From positions 64,001 to 128,000 of the forward strand of contig CAWKAR010000033.1 in the NCBI GenBank assembly GCA_963847625.1: a DNA stretch of 64,000 nucleotides. The letters run 5' to 3'. Under the pieces are notes generated by a model. The model did not search any database and was not told the DNA's origin. It was given only the letters and a program-made list of their open reading frames with translations. This DNA is from a candidate division FCPU426 bacterium. GTDB lineage: Bacteria; Oederibacteriota; Muellerivitia; Muellerivitales; Muellerivitaceae. Positions 27,826-39,034 of the stretch are shown one piece after another. The position numbers and the translations under genes are program-made. How positions within the stretch are numbered: position 1 is the stretch's first letter; each line of letters starts with the position of its first letter.

Positions 27826-29995
27826 CGTGTTCTCCGGAAGGTGGAAGAAGTTTTTCGTATGTGGAAGCCTGTGTCAAATCCACTAAAGCTCCCCTCGCTT
27901 TTCGGAAGCATTCTTTTGCTTCCGGGATTTTCCCCTGAATCGAATAAAGGGTCCCCATTTTGAAAAAAAGATGGGCGGAGGGATAACCTTTTTGAATGGC
28001 TGTTTTTAGATAAAGAAGGGCGGCCTGATATGCTTCCGGCCCGGAGGAAGGATCACAACCGGTAATCATCTTTCGCGTAGAGAGATCGGCCATTTTCTCG
28101 AAATAATAAGTTTCCAAGAGAGGATCACTTTGGAATAAGGAATGGATTTTTCGAAGGGCCATTTCCATGGGTTCCAAGGATTGCCCCGGAACATATAAAA
28201 GGCTTTTTTCAATGAAAAGCTTCAGGGCCGCCGAAGCCTGGAACCAACGGCGGAAGATTTTCGCCGGCAAGTCTTTACCGGGAATCACCCAAAGCATCCA
28301 TCCACCCTCCGGGCTTCCTATATCCTTGGAAATCCACCAGGCTTGCCCGGTTGGAAAACTTTTTTTCAAAAAGGGAATGAGATTGGCGTTCGCCAAAAGC
28401 CCCACCCATGGGACAGGCCCGGAAGTAAGCCCCTGAGGGTTCGATAAATTAATACGGAAATCCGCCACCGACAGGGTTTGATCCGAAAGTCCCGGCACGA
28501 AATCGCTAAATAGGTAGCCGGGCCCCTGGGTTTTGGACAACTTTTCCAATCGAAGAAAGGCTTGATACCTGGTGTAGGATTTCCCATAGCCATTCCAATT
28601 ATCCAGGGACTTCCAAACGGCGGGATAGGCGGCGAAAAGGTGAAAAAAATCCAATCCCGCCGCGATCACCAGGATCAGGGATAAGATCAAAACATTCCGC
28701 CGTGGGCGGTCGGAAAGCAAACGCCCCAAACCCAAGACCACCAGCACCGCCAAGATGGGGAAAGCCAACACCATCCGGGAAGTCGCTCTTTCGGAGGTCA
28801 AGATACCCGGAAGCAGGAAAAACGGAAGGGAGGCTAACAACCATTGATAAAACCGGTTCTTGAGCCGGGGTATGACTTCAATTAATCCCATGAAAAAAAG
28901 GGAACCCATCAGCGGATTCAAATAACCCCCAAAAACCGGCTGGTAGGTGTGGTATTTCAAGTCCATCCCCCAAAAAAGGGAAGTGATATAAGAAAGGGAG
29001 ATGTTGATTTGTTCATTTGGATGGACAGCCGGGTTTCCGGCCGAGAGGTGGCGCAGATAAAAAACCATCTGATCCAGTCCTTCGCCGGAAATCCACAAGG
29101 CAAGAGGCAACAAGAGGCACGCGCAGGGAAGAAGGAAGGACAGGAGAATTTTCACCCGGAGGAAGTTTTTTCCCATCCCTTTATTTGCGGCCCAGAAAAT
29201 CAGGGTCGCTCCAACCGCCGCGGCCAGAACGGGCCAGTGTAAATAAGTATAAAAACCCAAACCGGTCATGGCTCCCAGGGCCGCGGCCAAGCCGGGTTTC
29301 CGGGCGGGTTCGGTCCGTGTCAGGAACCGGGCCAACAACCCCAATGTCAGGCATTCAAAAAGGAGTACCAAGCCGGTCATGAGGGAAAAACGGCCGACAT
29401 AAAGGGGCCAGAAACTGAAGCCGAAAATGAAAGCCAGGGCCACGGAACAGGACCGGTTAAAGAAACCACGGGCCGCCCAATAGGAAACAGGAAACAACAA
29501 GGATGATATCAATGCCGGAAGAAACCAAAGACTGAAGAGGGAAACCCCGAACCATTTGAAGGTCCCGGCAAGGAGCCAAAGGTAAAGGGGAGGGGCTTGG
29601 CTGGATCCGTACAATATTTGCCAGTTCCACTGACGGGAAAGTTGGGAGGCGTAGTAACCATACATTCCTTCGTCATAAAGGGGCCAAACCGAAAGGGTGG
29701 TAAGCTTGTAAAACCGGGCGAAGAGAGCCAAGGCCGCCACGAACAGCCAAACCCAGATTGGAATCGCCGGCAGAAATTCCTTTTGGTAAAGGGGCACTTC
29801 TTTTGGGGAAGGATTAGGAAAGGCGCGGCAAGCCATCATCCAGGGAATGAACAACCCGAGCAGGCAGATTCCCATCTTGATCCAAAACGGGAAAGGAAAA
29901 TAGGAAAGAAAGGTATTTGAAATAAGGAAAATAAAAAAATAAACCCACGGATTGGTGTTCGAAAAAATTTTGGGCGCGAATTTTATTTTTGCCAT
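27812..29995 (-). CDS. GT-C + TPR, paralog 4
   Basis: RFYKLTTLSVWPLYDEG, GGYLNP, GPGYLF, GYPSAHLF. Confidence 0.8.
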   Translation of the reverse strand: MAKIKFAPKIFSNTNPWVYFFIFLISNTFLSYFPFPFWIKMGICLLGLFIPWMMACRAFPNPSPKEVPLYQKEFLPAIPIWVWLFVAALALFARFYKLTTLSVWPLYDEGMYGYYASQLSRQWNWQILYGSSQAPPLYLWLLAGTFKWFGVSLFSLWFLPALISSLLFPVSYWAARGFFNRSCSVALAFIFGFSFWPLYVGRFSLMTGLVLLFECLTLGLLARFLTRTEPARKPGLAAALGAMTGLGFYTYLHWPVLAAAVGATLIFWAANKGMGKNFLRVKILLSFLLPCACLLLPLALWISGEGLDQMVFYLRHLSAGNPAVHPNEQINISLSYITSLFWGMDLKYHTYQPVFGGYLNPLMGSLFFMGLIEVIPRLKNRFYQWLLASLPFFLLPGILTSERATSRMVLAFPILAVLVVLGLGRLLSDRPRRNVLILSLILVIAAGLDFFHLFAAYPAVWKSLDNWNGYGKSYTRYQAFLRLEKLSKTQGPGYLFSDFVPGLSDQTLSVADFRINLSNPQGLTSGPVPWVGLLANANLIPFLKKSFPTGQAWWISKDIGSPEGGWMLWVIPGKDLPAKIFRRWFQASAALKLFIEKSLLYVPGQSLEPMEMALRKIHSLFQSDPLLETYYFEKMADLSTRKMITGCDPSSGPEAYQAALLYLKTAIQKGYPSAHLFFKMGTLYSIQGKIPEAKECFRKARGALVDLTQASTYEKLLPPSGEHDEKP

Positions 29996-32079
29996 AATTC
30001 CCGCAAGAGTTGGTCCGCATTGGTGAAATTCATGGGGGCATGACTCGCTTGTTGAAAAGCTTCCCGGGCTTCAACCCTATTCCGGTCAATGTATAAAAGA
30101 GTACCCAAAGTATAGTATAGGTGCGTCGCCGGATAACCGCTTTTCAAGGCTTGCCGAATGTCCTGGATGGATTCCCGGTGGTCCTGGAACCCCATCTTCA
30201 AATCATTGTCCGCGGCCTTTTCCCAAAAACAAGATTCCAGGAAGGGGTCTCCCCGGAAATAAGGATAGGCTTGTAAAAGCGAATCCCGGACCGGTTGAAA
30301 AGACTGGCCATGGACATAGGAAAGGAATTGGTGGATGAAGGGTTTTAAAGCCTCTGCGGCTTTTTCCCAACGCGCCATTACTTCCTGGCGATTGGGTGTC
30401 ACAGGCATTACCCAAAGCATCGTCCCACCGTTGGGCTCAGGAGCTTCCTTGTCGAGGAAATAGGCCTTCCCGTCCGGAAATCGCTTGGCCAGGAAGGGAC
30501 GGTAATGAACGTTCACGAGGACCGCAGCCCATTTAAACTTTTCCCCTAAAAGTTCCGGATTCCACACCTGATTGTAGGCATAAGTGGAAAGAGTGAGGGT
30601 CTGGTCGCAAAACCCGGGAGAAAAATCCGTGAAAATCAATCCTTGGCCTTCGTTACGGGCTTTTTGTTTCAGGATTTCATCCGCCTTAAATCGTATAAAA
30701 GATTTCGTGTTCCAATAGGACGGGGTTTCCCATGTTTTCCGGTAGGGCCCCGCTAAGTGGTAAAAATCCAATGCAAAAGAAGCCAAAAAGATTCCGGAAA
30801 CTACAAAAAACGGTTTCATCACCGGTGAAAAAGACAAGAACCTGGATAAACCAAGGGCTGCGGCCGCCAGTATGAGTGGCATGAGGGGCAAAAGGCGAAA
30901 AGGCTCGAGGGTTTTGGTGAGTAGCGCCGGAACCAGGAACATGACCAGGCCGATTCCCAGACATCGATAGAGGGGCAGGGTGCGGTTTTTAAACATTTCA
31001 AGGCAAGCCAGGAAAAATGCGGACCCGAGGATAGGATTGAGGAACCCACCCCAGGCGGGGTAGTAGGGATGGATATGGTCCTGAAATCCCCAGAAAGGCA
31101 CCGCAAGATAGTCCAAGGATGTCTCCAACTGGTTATGGATGGGAGAGCTTTTCGAAAAGGCCCAAAGGTCGTTTAAATACCAGCCATATCCTTGGCGGAT
31201 GGCGGCCAGAACCAGGGGGAAAAATAAGAAGATAGCGGCCATGGAAAAAATGAAAAAATGGGAAAAACCGGATTTCCTTTTCAGGGAAACGGCCAAAACA
31301 ACGAGGCCAATGAATCCCGCGATGGGGGGCCAGGAAATATGGATGTAGAACCCGGCCCCGACGATCATGCCTAAAAACAGACTCCCTGTTTTTTGATCCT
31401 TCAGGGGGGCGTTTAAATATTTACCCAAAAAATAAAAGGCCAGGCATTCCCAAAATGGGATCAACACCGTCATCAACGAATACCGCCCTGCGTAAAAAGG
31501 CCAGAAACTACCCGCCAAAAAAAGAAGCAAGAGGAATGAGAACGACTTGGAAAAATATTGACGGAAGGCGAAATAACCCACGGGGACGGTCAATAACGAG
31601 ACTAAAGCGGGGAAAAACCAAAGGGTGCCCAACGAGACGCCAAAAATTTTGAAAAAAAGTCCCAGCCCCCAAGCATACGCCGGAGGGGATTGACTGCTGA
31701 AGTAGAACAAGCGCCAGTCCCATTTCCGGGAAAGTTCCAAGGCGGAATAATTGATGGAGCCTTCGTCGTAAAGCGGCCAGACCGAAAGAGTGGTGAGTTT
31801 GTAAAACCGCACGCAGATGGCCAAAGCCGCCACCGATAACCAAATCCAGGTTGGAATCGCCGGCAAAAATTCCTTTTGGTAAAGGGGGACTTCTTTTGGG
31901 GATGGGGCGGGAAAGAAGTGCCAGGCCATTACCCAGGGGAATACCAACCCCAGCAGGCCGATTCCCAGCTTCATCCAAAACGGAAGGGGAAAATAGGCAA
32001 TAAAGGCGTTAGAAAGGAAGAAAATAAATAAATATGGCCATGGGTTGGAGGGATAAAAATATCGAAACATGATTTTCAT
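29983..32079 (-). CDS. GT-C + TPR, paralog 5
   Basis: RFYKLTTLSVWPLYDEG, WGGFLNP, DPFLES, GYPATHLY. Confidence 0.8.
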   Translation of the reverse strand: MKIMFRYFYPSNPWPYLFIFFLSNAFIAYFPLPFWMKLGIGLLGLVFPWVMAWHFFPAPSPKEVPLYQKEFLPAIPTWIWLSVAALAICVRFYKLTTLSVWPLYDEGSINYSALELSRKWDWRLFYFSSQSPPAYAWGLGLFFKIFGVSLGTLWFFPALVSLLTVPVGYFAFRQYFSKSFSFLLLLFLAGSFWPFYAGRYSLMTVLIPFWECLAFYFLGKYLNAPLKDQKTGSLFLGMIVGAGFYIHISWPPIAGFIGLVVLAVSLKRKSGFSHFFIFSMAAIFLFFPLVLAAIRQGYGWYLNDLWAFSKSSPIHNQLETSLDYLAVPFWGFQDHIHPYYPAWGGFLNPILGSAFFLACLEMFKNRTLPLYRCLGIGLVMFLVPALLTKTLEPFRLLPLMPLILAAAALGLSRFLSFSPVMKPFFVVSGIFLASFALDFYHLAGPYRKTWETPSYWNTKSFIRFKADEILKQKARNEGQGLIFTDFSPGFCDQTLTLSTYAYNQVWNPELLGEKFKWAAVLVNVHYRPFLAKRFPDGKAYFLDKEAPEPNGGTMLWVMPVTPNRQEVMARWEKAAEALKPFIHQFLSYVHGQSFQPVRDSLLQAYPYFRGDPFLESCFWEKAADNDLKMGFQDHRESIQDIRQALKSGYPATHLYYTLGTLLYIDRNRVEAREAFQQASHAPMNFTNADQLLRELWQK

Positions 32080-32315
32080 TTTGGCAATTTTACCTCGAAT
32101 TTCCCAGATGAAATTTCTCTTTGAATATAATAAAGCATCGGTTGGCCGCGTAAACTAGGGTTTTTGCTCGTTTTTGGGATCATAAGAGGAGGAAATGAGA
32201 TAGGGAAGAAAGTAAAAGAAAAAATAATTTCGATTGGCGGAGGAATAGAAAAATCATAAATCATACCTGGACCCATTTATTGTGTTAGGCCTGGCTGTCT
32301 CTTTAGTACTATTAC

Positions 32316-34525
32316 TTGATAAAAACAATCAGGGAGAATATCCTGCCAAAACAAAAAATCTTTTTATTTTTCATGTTTTTCCTGTCCGGGTTTAGCGGGC
32401 TCACTTATCAAACCATTTGGATTAGGCTGGCCTATGCCCACTTCGGCATCACCACCCATGTATTGTCTGTGGTCCTCTCGGTTTTCATGATGGGACTGGC
32501 GCTAGGAAGTTGGGCGGGTGGTAGATGGGCTGCCCCACTGACTCGATGGTCCGGAAGGTCCGTCCTCTTTTTTTACGCCGCCATCGAGGGGCTTACCGGC
32601 CTGGGAGGCCGGATGGTTCCCCATTTTTTTTCTTGGGGCCGTCAATCACTTTTATCTTTGGGTGACGCCGATTCGGCAAGCTACCTTTTTTTTCGGGCCT
32701 TGTCATTCTTGTTTCCCTCCTTCCCTGGTGCTTCGCCATGGGCACCACTTTTCCTCTGGGGATGCAATTCATCCGGGAGAAAAGAGCGGCCGAAAAGGAA
32801 AGTTTTAGTTTCCTCTACTTGGCCAATGTTTTAGGGGCTTGCACCGGAACCTTAGCCACCGCCTATATTCTGGTGGAATGGCTTGGCTTTAATGACACCC
32901 TTAAAACAGCATCCGTGGTCAATTTTACAGTCGGGGCGGGAGCCTTAATTTGGGCCCTCGTCCTTCCTACTCCTCCCCGGCGCTTACCCCAAAGCGGAAA
33001 CAGCCAGGCACTCCCAAAAAACTCCATCCGTGCCTGGTATCCGGCTTTGTTGTTCTCAACAGGCTTCACCTCCATGGCGATGGAAGTGGCTTGGGTGCGT
33101 GATTACACTCCCATCCTAGGCAACGAGGTTTATGCTTTCTCGGGCCTGCTGGCGGTTTATCTTTTCGCCACCTGGATGGGCTCTTGGCTTTACCGACGGC
33201 AGACGGTCTTCCAAAAAGTCGTTTCCATTGAAACCCTTTTGGCACTCTTGTCCTCCTTTGCTTTCCTCCCTGTGGCGCTCAATGATCCGCGCTGGCACCA
33301 TACCCCGTGGGTGGCGCTTTTAAGCCTGGTCCCCTTTTGCGGCACGCTGGGTTACTTGACTCCTTGTTTGATTGACCGCTTGTCCAAGGGCGATGCCCGG
33401 ATCGCGGGCAGGGGATACGCTTTTAATATCCTAGGCTGTATTTTGGGCCCCCTTTTAGCGTCCTATTTGCTACTTCCTTTCCTTGGATCCCGGTGGTCCC
33501 TCGTCGTATTGGCCCTTCCTTTTCTCTTTTTCTACTTAGTTTTGGCAGGTAAATTCAGTGGGGTTTCATTCCGTCCCTCCCTGCTTTTTCCGGCCTTTGG
33601 CCTTTTTATTTTTTCGGGTTTTTTTTGCGGCAGCTATGAGGAAGGGACCGACTTGTCAGGGATGAAACAGATGGTTTTAAGACGGGATGCCACAGCAACC
33701 GTCATTTCCTACCAGGGTTCCTCGCAAAAGGCCCTATTAGTCAACGGCATCGGGATGACCGCCATGACGCCCATCCCGAAAATCATGGCCCATTTACCCA
33801 TGCTTTTCTGTCCTCATTCCCCCCGATCGGCCCTAGTCATTTGCTTTGGCATGGGGACAACCTTCCGGTCGATTGCTAGTTGGGGTGTGGATACCACCGC
33901 AGTAGAGCTTGTGCCGAGCGTCAGGGACGCTTTTGGTTATTATTTCACTGACGCGCAAGCCATTCTAAACAACCCCAAGAACCGCGTGGTTATTGATGAC
34001 GGGCGGAGGTTTCTTTCCAGGACGCGTCGGAAATTCGACGTGATTACCCTGGATCCTCCCCCGCCCCCGGAAGCCGCGGGTTCCAGCCTTCTTTATACTG
34101 GGGAGTTTTACGCCGCGCTGAAAAACCATCTTCAAGAGGGTGGAGTGGTACAGCAATGGATCAACTGGGGTAATGCCAAAAGCATGCAAGCCTTCATACG
34201 TTCCTTCACCCGTTCTTTCCCCTATGTCAGGGCCTTTGTTTCCTTGCACGGGGGGGGCCTTCATATGATTGGTTCTCTACAGCCCCTCACTTTCCCGCCG
34301 ATTTTGAAGGCGCTTTCCCTTATGCCTGCTTTGGCCCGGAAAGATTTTGTAGAATGGAATCTAACCAACAAAGACCCAGCCTGGTTCTTAAACCTCATCT
34401 TGTCATCGGAAGCGGACTTGAACTCAATGCTCAATCCGGATGAACAAATAACCGTCACCGACGACCGGCCCTTTAATGAGTATTATTTGCTTCGCCGGGC
34501 GTTCCCAACCGTTTTTCGGTATTAG
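32316..34525 (+). pseudogene. Membrane-fused spermidine-synthase-like/SAM-fold protein, frameshifted at a T8 tract
   Basis: SGFSGLTYQTIW, MGTTFP, YLANVLGA, AVELVP, DDGRRFL, FDVITLD. ORFs 32316..32834 and 32738..34525 join if one T is added at 32686..32693. Confidence 0.8.
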
Positions 34526-34625
34526 AGTCTAATAAAACTTCAAATTTGCCACAACAGTGCTTCAAACCGCACAGTTTAGAAATTTGAAATGGAAAAGTTT
34601 TTAGATTCGAGAAACACACCAGTCA

Positions 34626-36731
34626 TTACCCGGGGGTCTTCCTTAAATTTTCCAAAGCGTTTGTGTGGTTCAGGGGGGAACGGAGCGCGGACTCAAAGGC
34701 CTGACGGGCTTTGGCGTAATCCCCCTGGGTAAACCAAAATACCCCCAAGTCATTGAATAAATGAGCGGCGGGGTAACCCATGGTAAGGGCCTGACGCAGA
34801 GCTTCAAGGCCAAGGGCAGGTTTTGAATCCACCATTGCATTGAAAAATATTTTTTCCGCAAGGCAGGATTTTAAAAAAGGGTCTGAATTAGCCAGGGTCT
34901 GCAATCTGGCCATGGAATCCAAAATATGCTGATGCGACTTGCCGAAACCGAGATTTACTGTCTCCCAAACCAATGGTCGCATGGCCCGTTCGAATTCCAT
35001 CCAATGGCCCAATATCGCCCGGATTTCGGGATGGTTCATGTCCAATATCCCCAAGATCAAGATTTCTTGGGACCGGTAGTTTTCAGGGATTGTTTGAAAC
35101 CATTGTATCTCAGGAAATCGCCTTGCCAGGAAGGGCGCGTAATTGATGTTAGTTAAGAAACCGATCCACGTTGAATTTGTCGGAGATAACCTTGGATTCC
35201 ACGCCGCATTAAAAGGATAGGTGGCTAAGGTGAGTGTTTGGTTAAAAGAGGATGATTCAAACGATGTAAAAATGAGGCCCGGACCTTTATTTTGTGCTTT
35301 TTCCCGAAGGATATCATATGCCTTCATCCGTTCGTAAGACCTGGTATCGGCATTAAAGGTTAAGTAATCCGAATGACAAGATTGTTGATAAGGGCCGAGC
35401 AGGTGGTAAAAATCCAAACCCGTCGAAATTGCGAGAATGCCCAAAATTGCGCCAAGACGAACCGAAGGAGAAAGCTTTAAAGCTAAAACTGACATGCCCA
35501 TCATAATAACTGCCAGCAACAAAGGAATGATTAATACTAGCCGGAAAAATTCAAGTTCCATGGTTAACCAACCCGGCAAAATAAAAAGAACTAACCCAAA
35601 ACCTAATAAAAGACCCATGGCCGTATTACGGAATCGATACAACTCCACCAAGCCCAAGAAGAAAAAACTATCCAATAATGGATTTAAATAACCTCCCCAA
35701 AAAGGTTTATAACCGTGCCTATTGGTTTCTACACCCCAAAAAATACTGCAGAAATAGTTCCAACAAATTTTCGTCTGAGATTGCCAATCATGATGAGCTT
35801 GAAAGGCCCAAAGCATGGAAAAATAAGTTCCAAGTCTTTGATAAAAGGCGGCTACTAAAAACGGGGTGGCGGAAAGAATCAATGGAATGAGAAACCAAAA
35901 GAGGGTGGAAAATTTAAAGGATGAGCCCCTTAAAGCCATTGCCACTGTCAAAAATATCAATAACACCATGAAAGGCCATGATAGGTAGGCATAAAATCCC
36001 ACGCCCGTCAGCACTCCAAGTAACGCTGCTTTTTTATTTTGACCATAACCGCTGAGACTTTTTAAAAAACCTCCCAAACTGATAAAAACCAATAGTTCCC
36101 AAAACACGAGGAACAGCGGAGGGACACTATAACGACCCAAATAAAAAGGCCAAAAACTAAGAGCGAATAAAGAACCACCGATCCAGGCAAAGGAACGGTT
36201 GAAAAAAAGCTTGCATGCCCAAAAATACAAGAGAATTAAAAGGAATGACAGGCAGGCAGGGAAAAGCCAGAGGGAAGTCAAGGAAGGACCCAATATTTTA
36301 AAAAATAAACCAAGAGACCAGGGAAATAGCGGCGGACTTTGAAAAGGGAGGTAAAAAAGACTCCACTTTCTTTCTTCAGAAAGTTCCAAGGCGGCAAAAC
36401 CGAAATATCCCTCGTCGATAAGGGGCCAACCTGAGAGATTGGTGAGCTTGTAAAACCGGATGAAAATGGCAAGAAGCCCAATAACAACCATCACTCCAAT
36501 TGGAAAAGTCGGCAGGAATTCCACGGGCACCATCGATTCCCCTCTCGCTGCTGGTGGGCAACTCGATAATGCCAAGACCAACGGCAAGAGAAGACATGTC
36601 ACGGCAATCCATAATTGGGAGGTGACGGAAAGATGGAAATAGGATAGAAGAAAATTCCCGATTAAAATAAATGGAATATAAAACCAGGGATTGTAAGGAA
36701 TATCGAATTTATTTATTTTGGATAAATCCAT
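34626..36731 (-). CDS. GT-C + TPR, paralog 6
   Basis: RFYKL...WPLIDEG, WGGYLNP, GPGLIF, GYPAAHLF. ATG 36731 chosen by alignment to the paralogs. Confidence 0.8.
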   Translation of the reverse strand: MDLSKINKFDIPYNPWFYIPFILIGNFLLSYFHLSVTSQLWIAVTCLLLPLVLALSSCPPAARGESMVPVEFLPTFPIGVMVVIGLLAIFIRFYKLTNLSGWPLIDEGYFGFAALELSEERKWSLFYLPFQSPPLFPWSLGLFFKILGPSLTSLWLFPACLSFLLILLYFWACKLFFNRSFAWIGGSLFALSFWPFYLGRYSVPPLFLVFWELLVFISLGGFLKSLSGYGQNKKAALLGVLTGVGFYAYLSWPFMVLLIFLTVAMALRGSSFKFSTLFWFLIPLILSATPFLVAAFYQRLGTYFSMLWAFQAHHDWQSQTKICWNYFCSIFWGVETNRHGYKPFWGGYLNPLLDSFFFLGLVELYRFRNTAMGLLLGFGLVLFILPGWLTMELEFFRLVLIIPLLLAVIMMGMSVLALKLSPSVRLGAILGILAISTGLDFYHLLGPYQQSCHSDYLTFNADTRSYERMKAYDILREKAQNKGPGLIFTSFESSSFNQTLTLATYPFNAAWNPRLSPTNSTWIGFLTNINYAPFLARRFPEIQWFQTIPENYRSQEILILGILDMNHPEIRAILGHWMEFERAMRPLVWETVNLGFGKSHQHILDSMARLQTLANSDPFLKSCLAEKIFFNAMVDSKPALGLEALRQALTMGYPAAHLFNDLGVFWFTQGDYAKARQAFESALRSPLNHTNALENLRKTPG

Positions 36732-36735
36732 GGTT

Positions 36736-36802
36736 CTATTTGCTTTCTTTGAAAAGTATTTTAATTTTTTCAGCGGGCCTTGTGGCCCGAAGAACAGGCA
36801 TC
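36736..36802 (-). pseudogene. Decayed duplicate of the hpnE 3' end
   Basis: GCCTTGTGGCCCGAA is identical at 36777 and 39075. Translates ACSSGHKA/AEKIKILFKESK* versus HpnE ACLSGHKAAEKAQEVLGKKT*. Confidence 0.7.
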
Positions 36803-36867
36803 TGGGACAAATTGCATCCGTGGTATTTGCCAAAGTTACCTAAGAGTTTCAGCTTTTTCATTTTCCT

Positions 36868-39024
36868 TTAACTTGCCCCATTCCCCTGTGGTTTATCCTG
36901 GAAAATTTTTTCCTGCGGCTGTTTATGGTTATCCCGGAGGATCCGATCGAGAATTTTAATATTCTCCCAGGCTGAATTGGAATTATACGGGGATAAAACA
37001 GCTTTTTGAAAAGCGGACCGGGCCTCAGCGAACCTTCCCATATCAGTCAAAAGCGACCCTTCTAGGTAATAGAGATGAGGGACTGGAAAACCTTTTTTTA
37101 TGGCTTGTTGAAAGGCTTGAAGAGCGCCCAAACTGTCCTGAATGGAAACACGATGAAAAGCCACTTTCTCCCATAGGCAGGTCATTAGAAAGGGATCCGA
37201 CTTGACAGTAGGTTCGATTTCCAGGAGCTGACGGATGATTGGTAACTTCGATTCACCCATAAAAAGATCGAAAGTTTGAGAAGTAATGGGTTGAAGGCGT
37301 CTATTGAACTCGTACCAGGAGCGAAGGGTTTGGATGTTGAAGGGATCGACAGGTATGACGCCGAGCATTTCATTTTGTTCCAGCCAGTACCAATGGCCAG
37401 TTGGAAAGGCTTTTGACAAGAACTGCCTGTAATCAGGATGGACCAGAAGGGCGGCCCAACGCGCCTCCGAGAAAGGGATCCGATTGTTACGGGCAGCATT
37501 GAATGAATATGTGGCAATGGTAAGAGTTTGATCCCCGATTTCAGGGCGAAATTCCGAAAGTATCATGCCGGGGCCTTTTTCCTTGTTTATTTTTTCCAAA
37601 ATTCCATAAGCCCTCCAGTATTGGATTAATTTCAAATGATTCCAAGCGGGCCCAGGCGTTCCCCCAAGGCGGTGATAGGGACCTTCCAAATGGTAAAGGT
37701 CCAAAGTGATCGAAGCCAACAACAGCAGGACCATTCCCGCCGACTTCCAGGAGGAAAACTTGCCCGGCCTGAAAAACAAGTCGAACCATCCCAGGCAGGA
37801 GATAAAAACCAGCAACGGAAAAATTTGAGTCATCCGGAATATTTCAAACCCTTGGGCGAGAAAACCCGGCAAAGAAAACAGGATCAAGCTAAACAAAATC
37901 CATTGGAAAAAACCCTGACGGCGGTACTGGATGCATTTCAAGATGCCCAGGAAGAAACCTGTGTCCAGGATGGGATTCAGCATGCCGCCCCAAAGGGGAC
38001 CGAAACAATTAGGCGGGCTGGCCGCCCAAAAAAGGGAGGCCCATTTGAGGAAGCCTTCCGTAATTGAAGCGGCCCAATCCGAATCTGGAGAAAAAGCCCA
38101 AATATGTTTTACGTGTACACCGTTGTTTAATTTCCATGAAAGGAAGAAAAATATTCCGGTAAAAAAAAACAAGGGTAGAGCCATTGAAAATAATATTTTT
38201 ATCGTCTGGGGACCTTTTTGTTTTATAGGACCAATCACCGCCGATATAACACAAAGAGCCACCACGGGCCAGGCCGCACCGGTGAAAAAACCAATCCCGA
38301 CCACCATTCCTAAACCAAAAGCGGACAAAAAAAGAGCAGCAGGAGTTGACGATCTTAAGAGTTGTATCAAGGTAGTAAAAGCAAGGACTGTCCAAAAAAG
38401 TATTATGACATACCATACACAAAATTTAGCGGTGTAAAGAAAAGGAAAACTAAAGGAAAAAAGTGCCAAAAGCATAAAAGAAAAATAATCGAAAAAAAAC
38501 CGTCTATTAAACCAAGCCACGATAACGGTAAAAATTGAAACCAAGCCGGGAAAGAACCAAAGGGAAAAAAGGGATGGGGGAAAGATTTTAAAGAAAAGCG
38601 CCAAAAGCCATTGGGTGAGTGGCGGAACTTGGGCGTAGCTAAAAAAAAATTTCCAATCCCATTTTTTAGCTAATTCCATTGCGTAATAACAGTAAAGTCC
38701 ATCGTCTCCGGTGGGCCAAGTCGATAGGGTCGTCAATTGGGCTAGGCGTGGCAAACAAGCGAGAATGAGCAAGGACGACCAACACCACCAAGGCAAAACA
38801 AATTGGTTGGGTTTTTTCCAGGGAATGGGTTGTTCCGCGGAGCCTAAGGGTACCCACCCAAAAGCCGCCACTAAGGGTAAGATAATTCCCGCAAGAACGA
38901 CAACAAGTTTGATGTTTCCGGGAAGAGGAAAATACGATAGAAGCGTGTTGGTGAGCAGAAAAATAAAAAAATAGATCCAGGAGTTTTGAGGCAGGGAAAC
39001 ATTTTTATGAAAACAAGAGAACAT
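36868..39024 (-). CDS. GT-C + TPR, paralog 7
   Basis: RLAQL...WPTGDDG, WGGMLNP, GPGMIL, GFPVPHLY. ATG 39024 lies just after the hpnE stop. Confidence 0.8.
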   Translation of the reverse strand: MFSCFHKNVSLPQNSWIYFFIFLLTNTLLSYFPLPGNIKLVVVLAGIILPLVAAFGWVPLGSAEQPIPWKKPNQFVLPWWCWSSLLILACLPRLAQLTTLSTWPTGDDGLYCYYAMELAKKWDWKFFFSYAQVPPLTQWLLALFFKIFPPSLFSLWFFPGLVSIFTVIVAWFNRRFFFDYFSFMLLALFSFSFPFLYTAKFCVWYVIILFWTVLAFTTLIQLLRSSTPAALFLSAFGLGMVVGIGFFTGAAWPVVALCVISAVIGPIKQKGPQTIKILFSMALPLFFFTGIFFFLSWKLNNGVHVKHIWAFSPDSDWAASITEGFLKWASLFWAASPPNCFGPLWGGMLNPILDTGFFLGILKCIQYRRQGFFQWILFSLILFSLPGFLAQGFEIFRMTQIFPLLVFISCLGWFDLFFRPGKFSSWKSAGMVLLLLASITLDLYHLEGPYHRLGGTPGPAWNHLKLIQYWRAYGILEKINKEKGPGMILSEFRPEIGDQTLTIATYSFNAARNNRIPFSEARWAALLVHPDYRQFLSKAFPTGHWYWLEQNEMLGVIPVDPFNIQTLRSWYEFNRRLQPITSQTFDLFMGESKLPIIRQLLEIEPTVKSDPFLMTCLWEKVAFHRVSIQDSLGALQAFQQAIKKGFPVPHLYYLEGSLLTDMGRFAEARSAFQKAVLSPYNSNSAWENIKILDRILRDNHKQPQEKIFQDKPQGNGAS

Positions 39025-39034
39025 TAGTCCTATT

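Noticed and set aside
32180..32265. Possible further decayed GT-C 5' remnant (FYSSANRNYFFFYFLP...)
   Set aside because: The similarity is low-complexity and too weak to support by eye.
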